Assembly: GCA_017527675.1 (NCBI GenBank) | Contig: JAFXPU010000008.1 | Span: 8,114-72,113 of the forward strand | Direction: 5' to 3' | Source of the DNA: Bacilli bacterium | GTDB lineage: Bacteria > Bacillota_I > Bacilli_A > RF39 > UBA660 | DNA length: 64,000 nucleotides | Part shown: positions 27,198-35,496 of the stretch, piece by piece | Numbering within the stretch: position 1 is the stretch's first letter | Layout of the letters: every line of letters starts with the position of its first letter | Notes under the pieces: generated by a model | What the model was told of the DNA's origin: nothing | The model's database searches: none | What the model saw: only the letters and a program-made list of their open reading frames with translations | Made by a program: the position numbers and the translations under genes

Positions 27198-27659
27198 ATG
27201 AAAAAATATATATTATTAACTATCTTAGCTATTTCAATTGGTTTTTTTATGGGTAAATTATTTTTAGAACAATATGATAATTACGAAGGTATTAAATTAA
27301 CATCTTCAAATGGAGAAATATTATACTTTATTAAGTATGGTGAATATAATTCGGCTGATGAGATGGAACAAGGAACTCTTAATTTAGAAAATTATATTTA
27401 TAATGTAATTAATAACCGCTATTATGTATATGTTGGTATAACTAATGATAAAGATAATTTAGTAAAACTTCACAACTATTTTTCTAAAAAGGGGTTTAAT
27501 GTTTTAACTGAAGAGTTTTTAATAACAAATAAAAAGTTTTTAGAAGTATTAAAAAACTATGATGATATTATTAAAACTACAGATGATGAAGTAGTATTAT
27601 CATCTATTTGTAGTCAAGTATTATCTAAATATGAGGAAATAGTTGTCAATGACGGTTAA
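27198..27659 (+). CDS. Membrane-anchored protein, possibly SPOR-like
   Basis: N-terminal TM. The segment YYVYVGITNDKDNLVKLHNYFSKKGF loosely resembles a SPOR repeat. Confidence 0.3.
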   Translation: MKKYILLTILAISIGFFMGKLFLEQYDNYEGIKLTSSNGEILYFIKYGEYNSADEMEQGTLNLENYIYNVINNRYYVYVGITNDKDNLVKLHNYFSKKGFNVLTEEFLITNKKFLEVLKNYDDIIKTTDDEVVLSSICSQVLSKYEEIVVNDG

Positions 27660-28332
27660 GATAAAAGAAATACCTATTTTAGATAGGCCATGCGAAAGAT
27701 TAATTAATGAGGGTAGTGAGGCTTTATCCAATGAAGAATTATTAGCTATTATTTTTAAAACTGGTACAAAAAATATGTCTGCTAAAGAATTAGCTTTGAA
27801 AGTTTTAAAAGAAGTTAATACTGTTTCTAATTTAAATGAACTTAATTATAATTATTTAACTAATATAAAAGGTATTGGTATGATGAAAGCTTGTGCTTTA
27901 TTAGCGACAATTGAATTAGGTAAAAGAATTAATAGTAAAATAACAAATTTGAATAATATTTCTTTTACAAATGCTGATATAGTATTTGAATATTTTAAAA
28001 ATAAATTAGGTGATAAAAAACAGGAATATTTCTATTGTATTTATTTAGATAATGCAAAAAAAATAATTAAGGAAAAATTGCTATTTATTGGTACTATTAA
28101 TTATAGTATTGTTCATCCTCGTGAAGTTTTTAAAGAAGCCTATATGTTATCAGCTTCAGCTATTATTTGTCTTCATAATCATCCATCTAATAATTTAAAA
28201 CCTAGTCGTGATGATATTGAAATAACTAAAAGATTAATTGAAATAGGAAATATCCTAGATATTAAAGTATTAGATCATTTGATTATTGGTCATAATACTT
28301 ATTTTAGTTTTTTAGAAAATAATTTGATTTAA
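27649..28332 (+). CDS. radC: RadC-family JAB-domain protein
   Basis: IKEIPILDRPCERL, an HhH region, the JAMM-like HNHPSN motif and PSRDDIEITKRL. Confidence 0.85.
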   Translation: MTVKIKEIPILDRPCERLINEGSEALSNEELLAIIFKTGTKNMSAKELALKVLKEVNTVSNLNELNYNYLTNIKGIGMMKACALLATIELGKRINSKITNLNNISFTNADIVFEYFKNKLGDKKQEYFYCIYLDNAKKIIKEKLLFIGTINYSIVHPREVFKEAYMLSASAIICLHNHPSNNLKPSRDDIEITKRLIEIGNILDIKVLDHLIIGHNTYFSFLENNLI

Positions 28333-28378
28333 CTTTAAAAAGATATAAATATATATTATAATTGAATTGGGTGATACT

Positions 28379-29212
28379 ATGCATAATAATCGCAAATACA
28401 TCGTTTTAGTTATATTATTTATTGTAGCATTTTTATTATGCTTAACAGTATCTTCGACTAAATCTAATCGTAAGTTAACATTTGTTGAAAGCGTTGTTAA
28501 GGACAGTACTTTATTTATTGGTCGTGTCGTTTATGCACCTTTTGGTTTTGTTAAAGATAAGATAAATGATTTTAGAGAGCTTATCAATGTTAAAAAGAAA
28601 TATAATAAGATAAAAAAAGATAAGGATAAGATTGAAGTATATAAACAGGAAATTAAGACTTTAAAACAAGAAATAAATGATCTAAAAGAGTTAAATGGTA
28701 TTGATGAAGTATTATCCTTATATAACTATAAAAATGCCACTGTAATAGCCCGTAATTATAATACATGGTATAATTCTTTAACTATTGATAAAGGTTCTAA
28801 AAATGGCCTTAAAATAGGAAATGCTGTTACTTATAATGGAATCTTAATTGGAAAAATATCTAAACTATCTAATTTTACTGCTGAAGTTCAATTGTTATCA
28901 GCTGATACTTTAAATAATAACATATCAGTAGAATTAATAATTGATGATAAAGAAGTGTATGGTATACTTACAAGATATGATAGCAAAGATAAAGTATATA
29001 TTGTTGAAGGTATAACCGATGATGTTAAAATAGAAGTAGGTACTAAAGTAATAACATCTGGTTTAACGGATAGTTTTAAAAAAGGTATTATTATAGGTGA
29101 AGTTGATGATCTATCAACTGATAGTTTTGATTTAACAAGAATCTTAAAAGTAAAACCAGCTACTAATTTTGATGATATAAATTATGTAAGTGTTATTATA
29201 GGTGAGAAATGA
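28379..29212 (+). CDS. mreC: Rod shape-determining protein MreC
   Basis: TM, coiled coil (EIKTLKQEINDLKELN), then a beta-rich C-terminus. Sits between radC and mreD. Confidence 0.75.
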   Translation: MHNNRKYIVLVILFIVAFLLCLTVSSTKSNRKLTFVESVVKDSTLFIGRVVYAPFGFVKDKINDFRELINVKKKYNKIKKDKDKIEVYKQEIKTLKQEINDLKELNGIDEVLSLYNYKNATVIARNYNTWYNSLTIDKGSKNGLKIGNAVTYNGILIGKISKLSNFTAEVQLLSADTLNNNISVELIIDDKEVYGILTRYDSKDKVYIVEGITDDVKIEVGTKVITSGLTDSFKKGIIIGEVDDLSTDSFDLTRILKVKPATNFDDINYVSVIIGEK

Positions 29213-29673
29213 TTTTATATATAATTGTTTCTTTCTTTTTAGAAAATGTTGTTGGTTTGCTTTTTAATAATAGTTTTATAATACCTTTATTCTTTTTAGT
29301 GTCTTTAATTACTTTATATCAATTTAAAAATATGGATTATGAAAAATATTTATTTTTGCTTACTATTTTAGGTTTTATTTATGATGTAGTTTATACAAAC
29401 ATTTATATTAATTCTTTGTTATTCTTAATTGTAGGTAGTTTAGTGGTTTTATATAGTAAATATATTAGTAATAGTTTTTTATTAAATTTACTTGCTGTTT
29501 TTTTATCTTTAATAGTTTATGAATCAGTATATTATTATATTTATATATTACTTGGTTTAAATGATTTTAGTTTATCTATATTAATAAAATCTTTAATATC
29601 TACTATACCTATTAATGTAGGATATTATATATTATCTTATTTATGTTTAAATAAAGTTAAAGCGGGAAGGTGA
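29209..29673 (+). CDS. mreD: Rod shape-determining protein MreD (by position and topology)
   Basis: Polytopic small membrane protein whose start overlaps the mreC stop (ATGA). Confidence 0.6.
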   Translation: MILYIIVSFFLENVVGLLFNNSFIIPLFFLVSLITLYQFKNMDYEKYLFLLTILGFIYDVVYTNIYINSLLFLIVGSLVVLYSKYISNSFLLNLLAVFLSLIVYESVYYYIYILLGLNDFSLSILIKSLISTIPINVGYYILSYLCLNKVKAGR

Positions 29674-29677
29674 TGTT

Positions 29678-30496
29678 ATGCCTGAAATAGCTGAAGTTAG
29701 AACTGTTAAAAAAGTTTTAAAAGAAAAATTAGTTGGTAGAACTATAATCAATATATCTTATAGATATGATGGTATTGTTAAGTCTAATAAAGAGGAATTT
29801 AAAAAAGTTTTAATAGGTAAAACAATAACAGATGTTGATAACTTTGGTAAATGGCTTTTTATTAAATTAGGTGAATATACAATACTATCGCATCTAAGAA
29901 TGGAAGGTAAATATTATATAAAACCCACTTGCGAAGAATATGAAAAGCATGAACATATTATCTTTAATTTAGATGATGGAACAAATTTAAGATATAAAGA
30001 TGTAAGAAAGTTTGGAGTAATGTATTTAGTTAAAACTAAAGATATTTATTCTACTGCTGAAATAGTTAAATTAGGGCTAGAACCAGATGATAATAAATTA
30101 ACTAATGAATATATCTATAATAAGATACATAGTTCTAATAAACCAATTAAAGAATTATTATTAGATCAAACTATTATAAATGGTTTTGGTAATATTTATG
30201 TAGATGAAGTATTATTTGCCTCATTTATTTTACCAACAAGATTGGGTAATACAATTAGTTTAGCTGAATGTGATCGTATTAAAAAAGAGGGTTCTAGAAT
30301 AATAAAAAAGGCAACCAGTTGTGGAGGTACTACTATTAGAAGTTACACATCTTCATTAGGAGTAGAAGGAACTTATCAAAAATATTTAAAAGTTCATACT
30401 AAACAAAATCAAAAGTGTCCAACATGTGGAGAATTAATTAAGAAAATACGTGTAGGCGGAAGAGGTACTTATTACTGCCCTAAATGCCAAAAATAA
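29678..30496 (+). CDS. mutM: Formamidopyrimidine-DNA glycosylase
   Basis: N-terminal MPEIAEV (Pro2/Glu3), an H2TH region (LLLDQTIINGFGNIYVDEVLF) and a C-terminal zinc finger CPTCG...YYCPKCQ. Confidence 0.9.
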   Translation: MPEIAEVRTVKKVLKEKLVGRTIINISYRYDGIVKSNKEEFKKVLIGKTITDVDNFGKWLFIKLGEYTILSHLRMEGKYYIKPTCEEYEKHEHIIFNLDDGTNLRYKDVRKFGVMYLVKTKDIYSTAEIVKLGLEPDDNKLTNEYIYNKIHSSNKPIKELLLDQTIINGFGNIYVDEVLFASFILPTRLGNTISLAECDRIKKEGSRIIKKATSCGGTTIRSYTSSLGVEGTYQKYLKVHTKQNQKCPTCGELIKKIRVGGRGTYYCPKCQK

Positions 30497-30797
30497 AAAC
30501 AAATGTTTGAATTAATACGAACATATTTTTATGAAACAAAAATAGTAAAAAAACGAAAAATAAAAAAATAGAAAAAAGCCAAAAATGAATTTTTCTATTT
30601 TTTTTATTTTTTGTAATAAGTACATAAAAATGATTTAGGCTTTATTTTAAAAGGAAAAACGTAGTTTTGCTGTTAAAATACAATTTTAAGAAAAAATATC
30701 AAAAAAACAAAAATGTCAAAATTTACAAAATTATATTTTGAAAAAAAATACCAAAAAGTAATATTTTTGAAAGATTGCAAAAAATGCGAAAAAATGT

Positions 30798-30826
30798 TTG
30801 ACATTGGTATGCCAGATTGCTATACT
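30798..30826 (+). promoter_or_regulatory. Sigma-A promoter of nrdD
   Basis: TTGACA (30798-30803), 17 nt, TATACT (30821-30826). Confidence 0.6.
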
Positions 30827-30853
30827 AGTAGGTAGTGAAGGGATGTATGATGT

Positions 30854-33145
30854 ATGACAAAAACAACAGAACCATTAATGGTAATTAAAAGAAATGGAAA
30901 AAAGGTCGAATATAATGGTAGTAAAATTGCTATAGCTATCAAAAAAGGTTTTGATAGTATTACTACTACTAATGAATTAGGAGAAGAAGTTAAGGTATAT
31001 TCTGAAAAAGATATCAATAAAGTATTTGTTGACGTTGAAAAAGATATACTTAAAAATTATGATGAAAAAATTAAAATTGAAGAAATTCAAGATTTAATTG
31101 AAAAACATCTTCAAAAATTAGGTTATGAAGATGTATATAAATCATTTTCTGAGTATCGTGAAAGAAGAAATCATTCACGTGAAGTATTCTTTGATGATAA
31201 GAAAATTCATAAATTCTTAAAAACAATTGAAGGATTAGGACTTAAATCTGCAGATGAAGATGATACAAAAAGAGAGAATGCTAATGTTGATGGAGATACT
31301 GCCATGGGAACAATGCTTCAATATGGTTCTACTGTATCAAAAGAATTTGCAAAGTCATACTTAATAAAAAAGAGATTTGCAGACTTACATGATGCTGGTG
31401 ATATTCATATTCATGATATGGATTTTGAAGCTATGGGTACTACAACTTGTATGCAAATTGAATTAGATAGATTATTTAAAAAAGGTTTTTCAACTGGTCA
31501 TGGTTATTTAAGACCTCCAAAAGATATCATGTCATATAGTGCTTTAGCTGCTATAGCTATTCAAGCAAATCAAAATGATCAACATGGTGGACAATCAATT
31601 CCTGCATTTGATTATTACATGGCACCTGGTGTTTTAATGACATTCAAAAAACAATTTAAGCAACATATTGCTGATATGTTAGATTACGAAGATATGTATA
31701 GTTTTGTTAATATGGATAAAGTTGCTGCTATCATTGACAAATTAGATAGTATTGATGTTGACTTAACAATTTTTGAACCATTCTATAAAGAATCAGAATT
31801 ATTAGAAAGCAGATTTGCTAAATGTTATGATAAAGCTGTAGCTAAAACAAATCGTACAACATATCAAGCTATGGAAGCATTTGTTCATAATTTAAATACA
31901 ATGCATTCACGTGCTGGTGCTCAAGTACCATTCTCATCAATTAACTTTGGTACTGATACTACACCAGAAGGAAGAATGGTTATTGAAAACTTCTTGCTTG
32001 CAACAGAAGCTGGTTTGGGAAAAGGTGAAACACCAATTTTCCCAGTATCAATTTTTAAAGTAAAAGAAGGAGTTAACTATAATCAAGAAGATCCAAACTA
32101 TGATTTATTTAAATTAGCATGTAAGGTATCTGCTGAAAGATTATTCCCTAACTTCTCATTTTTGGATGCACCATTTAATATCTCATATTATAAAAAAGGA
32201 GATCCAAAGTCAGAAGTTGGTTATATGGGATGCCGTACTCGTGTTATGGCTGATGTTACTGATCCTGATAATGAAACAACAGGTGGACGTGGAAACTTAT
32301 CATTTACATCAATTAACTTACCTCGTATAGCTATTAAACATGGTATTTGTTTAGGTGAACGTGATAAAGCTGATATGAAAGGTTTCTATGCTGAACTTGC
32401 TGAAAGAATGGATGATGTAAGAGATCAATTACTTGAGAGATTTGAGATTCAATGTTCTAAACATAGTTATAATTTCCCATTCTTAATTCAACAAGGTGTA
32501 TGGACTAATGGTGAAAAATTAGAACCAGGTGATAGAATGAGAAAGATTCTAAAACATGGTACATTAACAACTGGATTTATTGGACTTGCTGAAACTCTTG
32601 TTGCTTTAATTGGTAAACATCATGGTGAATCAGCAGAAGCTCAAAAATTGGGCTTAGAAATTGTTAAATTTATGCGTGAAAGATGTAATCAATATTGTAA
32701 GGATTACAACTTAAACTTCACATTAATAGCAACTCCTGCTGAAGGTTTATCTGGAAGATTTGTTAATATTGATAAATCAATTTATGGAAATATTAAAGGA
32801 GTTACAGATAAAAAATTCTATACTAACTCATTCCATATTCCAGTAAACTTTAATATATCTATTAAAGATAAGATAACTTTAGAAGCACCATATCATAATT
32901 TAACAAATGGTGGTCATATTTCATATATTGAACTTGATGGCGAAGCTGTTAAGAACTTAGATGCATTTGAAAATATCATTCGCTTGATGAAAGAAGCAGG
33001 CATTGGTTATGGGGCAATAAACCATCCAGTAGACCGTGATCCAGTATGTGGATACGTTGGTGTTATTGGCGATACTTGTCCAGGTTGTGGTAGACATGAA
33101 TTTGAAGCTGTACCACTAGAAGAAATTAGAAACGTAAGTTGTTAG
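30854..33145 (+). CDS. nrdD: Anaerobic (class III) ribonucleoside-triphosphate reductase catalytic chain, ending before the glycyl-radical motif
   Basis: ATP-cone-like N-terminus (VIKRNGKKVEYNGSKIAIAIKKGF), SRAGAQVPFSSINFG, the thiyl-Cys loop YMGCRTRV, and Zn-ribbon cysteines CGYVGVIGDTCPGCG. TAG at 33143-33145 with no RxxGY in this ORF. Confidence 0.9.
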   Translation: MTKTTEPLMVIKRNGKKVEYNGSKIAIAIKKGFDSITTTNELGEEVKVYSEKDINKVFVDVEKDILKNYDEKIKIEEIQDLIEKHLQKLGYEDVYKSFSEYRERRNHSREVFFDDKKIHKFLKTIEGLGLKSADEDDTKRENANVDGDTAMGTMLQYGSTVSKEFAKSYLIKKRFADLHDAGDIHIHDMDFEAMGTTTCMQIELDRLFKKGFSTGHGYLRPPKDIMSYSALAAIAIQANQNDQHGGQSIPAFDYYMAPGVLMTFKKQFKQHIADMLDYEDMYSFVNMDKVAAIIDKLDSIDVDLTIFEPFYKESELLESRFAKCYDKAVAKTNRTTYQAMEAFVHNLNTMHSRAGAQVPFSSINFGTDTTPEGRMVIENFLLATEAGLGKGETPIFPVSIFKVKEGVNYNQEDPNYDLFKLACKVSAERLFPNFSFLDAPFNISYYKKGDPKSEVGYMGCRTRVMADVTDPDNETTGGRGNLSFTSINLPRIAIKHGICLGERDKADMKGFYAELAERMDDVRDQLLERFEIQCSKHSYNFPFLIQQGVWTNGEKLEPGDRMRKILKHGTLTTGFIGLAETLVALIGKHHGESAEAQKLGLEIVKFMRERCNQYCKDYNLNFTLIATPAEGLSGRFVNIDKSIYGNIKGVTDKKFYTNSFHIPVNFNISIKDKITLEAPYHNLTNGGHISYIELDGEAVKNLDAFENIIRLMKEAGIGYGAINHPVDRDPVCGYVGVIGDTCPGCGRHEFEAVPLEEIRNVSC

Positions 33146-33155
33146 GAGGTAAATT

Positions 33156-33317
33156 ATGGAAAAATTAGTTGGTGAAGGTGTTGGATTTGAAAGAATTAGA
33201 AGGGTAACAGGATACCTTTCAGGAGATGTTAAAAGATTCAACGATGCAAAAAGAGCTGAAGAAAAAGCTCGTGTAAAACACACTGGTATCAAAGAATTAT
33301 CTAAAAAGGGTTGTTAA
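33156..33317 (+). CDS. Stand-alone 53-aa NrdD glycyl-radical segment (not in the ORF track)
   Basis: AGGAGG (33144-33149) lies 6 nt before ATG 33156. Product MEKLVGEGVGFERIRRVTGYLSGDVKRFNDAKRAEEKARVKHTGIKELSKKGC carries the RVTGYL...FN.AK...R.KH signature of NrdD C-termini. It is in a different frame from nrdD. Confidence 0.75.
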   Translation: MEKLVGEGVGFERIRRVTGYLSGDVKRFNDAKRAEEKARVKHTGIKELSKKGC

Positions 33318-33319
33318 TT

Positions 33320-33880
33320 ATGGAAATAAGACTAGCTGCCGATTTACAAATAGATAGTATTGTTGATGGCCTAGGTATTAGAACAGTTATTTGGACACAA
33401 GGATGCAAACATAAATGTCCTGGTTGTCATAATCCAGAAACTTGGCCATTTACTGGTGGTGCTTTGGTTGATGTTAAATACATTACAAAAGAAATGGATA
33501 AATTAGAAGGTCAAACTGGAGTAACTTTCTCTGGTGGAGATCCTTTTTATCAGCCAAAAGAATGTGCTTATTTAGCTAAACATGCTCATAAATTAGGCTT
33601 AAATGTTTGGTGTTATACTGGCTTTACTTATGAGCAATTAATGTCCTTAAATAAGAAGAATCCTGATATTATGTCTTTTATGAAAGAAATAGATGTTTTA
33701 GTTGATGGACCATTTATGCAAGATAAAAAGAGTTTAGATATTAAATTTAGAGGCTCATCTAATCAAAGAGTTATTGATGTTAAAAAAAGTCTTGCTGAAG
33801 ATAAGGTAATAGAATTAGATCTTGATTCTAAACCATCTCATCATCATTTTGGAAGACATGATCATAAATTATATATTTAA
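33320..33880 (+). CDS. nrdG: Anaerobic ribonucleotide reductase activating enzyme (radical SAM)
   Basis: CKHKCPGCHN cluster motif, FSGGDPF, and its position directly after nrdD. Confidence 0.9.
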   Translation: MEIRLAADLQIDSIVDGLGIRTVIWTQGCKHKCPGCHNPETWPFTGGALVDVKYITKEMDKLEGQTGVTFSGGDPFYQPKECAYLAKHAHKLGLNVWCYTGFTYEQLMSLNKKNPDIMSFMKEIDVLVDGPFMQDKKSLDIKFRGSSNQRVIDVKKSLAEDKVIELDLDSKPSHHHFGRHDHKLYI

Positions 33881-33910
33881 AAGAATGAATTATTATTCAT
33901 TCTTTTTTTT
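33881..33910 (+). terminator. Rho-independent terminator
   Basis: 10-bp stem aagaatgaat/attcattctt plus a T-run. Confidence 0.8.
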
Positions 33911-33939
33911 AGTTATGGTATAATTAATATGGTGATACT

Positions 33940-34869
33940 ATGTTGAAAGTAGTTTTTATGGGAACACCTGATTTTGCGGTTCCAGTATTAAAAGGATTAA
34001 TAGAAAATTATGAAGTTATTGGTGTAGTTAGTCAACCAGATAAACCTGTTGGAAGAAAAGGTATAATGACACCACCTCCAGTTGCTAAAGTTGCTACTGA
34101 TAATAATATTAAATTATTCCAACCTACAAAAATTAGAAATGAATATGAAGATATTTTAGCTTTAGAACCAGATATCATTATTACCTGTGCTTATGGTCAA
34201 ATAATACCCAAAGCTATTTTAGATTATCCTAAATATGGTTGTATTAATGTTCATGCATCATTGCTTCCAAAATTAAGAGGAGGAGCACCAATTCATCATG
34301 CTATTATAGATGGTTATGATAAGACTGGTATAACTATCATGTATATGGATGAAAAGATGGATAATGGTGATATTATTTCTCAAGAAGAAATTAAAATAGA
34401 AGATAGTTTTACAACTGAAATATTACATGATAAATTATCTATTATGGGACGTGATTTGTTACTTAAAACTTTGCCTGATATTATATCTGGAAACATTAAG
34501 CCAATTAAACAAAATTTAGTTGAAGTAACATTTGGTTATAATATATCTAAAGAAGATGAAAAAATTGATTTTAATAAAACTTCACGCGAGGTATTCAATC
34601 AAGTTAGAGGATTAAATAGTTGGCCTGTTGGCTATACTTTAATTAATGGCAAACGTATGAAAATTTATAGTGTTATTGTTTCTAACAATAATTCAGATAA
34701 ATTGCCTGGTCAAATAACTAATATTTATAAAAATGGTATTGGAGTTAAAACTGGCGATGGTGAAGTTATTATTACAGAATTACAAATGGAAGGTAAAAAT
34801 AAAGCTATAGCTTCAACTATGGTTAATAATTTAGATAAAAATATTATTGGTTTAAAATTAGGTGAATAA
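33940..34869 (+). CDS. fmt: Methionyl-tRNA formyltransferase
   Basis: VVFMGTPDFAVPVL and NVHASLLPKLRGGAPIHHAI. Confidence 0.95.
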   Translation: MLKVVFMGTPDFAVPVLKGLIENYEVIGVVSQPDKPVGRKGIMTPPPVAKVATDNNIKLFQPTKIRNEYEDILALEPDIIITCAYGQIIPKAILDYPKYGCINVHASLLPKLRGGAPIHHAIIDGYDKTGITIMYMDEKMDNGDIISQEEIKIEDSFTTEILHDKLSIMGRDLLLKTLPDIISGNIKPIKQNLVEVTFGYNISKEDEKIDFNKTSREVFNQVRGLNSWPVGYTLINGKRMKIYSVIVSNNNSDKLPGQITNIYKNGIGVKTGDGEVIITELQMEGKNKAIASTMVNNLDKNIIGLKLGE

Positions 34870-35496
34870 ATGAAAGAATATATTGAAAAATATAAGGAAT
34901 TTAAACAAAATAGACGTCAAGTTGGTTTGACTAAATTAGGTTTTTGGATAGTTTTTTTTGGTGTAATACTTTTAATTTATCTAATTCCCACAGGTGGCCA
35001 TAAAACAGTGTATACACCAAATGCTGATGCACCAAAAGATGAACAAAATATTGTTAGTAGTTATGCCTTTGAATATACTATAAATGGAAAAAAATATACG
35101 GGATTATATAATGGTAATATTGAATTAATTGGTGAAGATGGTTCATTCTTTATTCAAAGGGATAAAATATTGATGGATAAAGAAGATGCTGTATTACCAG
35201 ATCATACCTATACTAATATTCATAAATTAGACAATTTAATTGCAAGTTCTGAATTAGAAGCAACAACTAGTTATAAAGATGGTCGTGAAGAATATAAATA
35301 TATTAATAAGGAAAATGATAATGAAACTATAATTACTTATACTAAGAATAGTGATGAGACAATTGATGCTCATCTTGAATATAGTGACAATATAGTAGAT
35401 ATTCATTATTATGATATTAATAAAATAGAATTAAAATTAGATGAGGAAAAATATATATATGAGTTAAAAGAGGTGGAAGATGAACATAAAGACTGA
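34870..35496 (+). CDS. Membrane-anchored hypothetical protein
   Basis: One TM (LGFWIVFFGVILLIYLIP); no motif recognised. Confidence 0.45.
   Translation: MKEYIEKYKEFKQNRRQVGLTKLGFWIVFFGVILLIYLIPTGGHKTVYTPNADAPKDEQNIVSSYAFEYTINGKKYTGLYNGNIELIGEDGSFFIQRDKILMDKEDAVLPDHTYTNIHKLDNLIASSELEATTSYKDGREEYKYINKENDNETIITYTKNSDETIDAHLEYSDNIVDIHYYDINKIELKLDEEKYIYELKEVEDEHKD

Noticed and set aside
30495-30530. Possible fourth LexA box after mutM (AAAACAAATGTTTGAA, 14/16 identical to the recA box region; and CGAACATATTTTTA)
   Set aside because: Each candidate retains only one good half-site (AAAC instead of GAAC, TTTT instead of GTTC). They lie about 270 nt upstream of the nrdD promoter with no gene immediately downstream. 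This is more likely chance in A-rich DNA, or a decayed site.
30724-30770. NrdR boxes upstream of nrdD
   Set aside because: The two AT palindromes match the NrdR box consensus poorly, their spacing looks off by my count, and they sit upstream of the -35 rather than overlapping it. They are reported only as unexplained palindromes, not called as NrdR sites.
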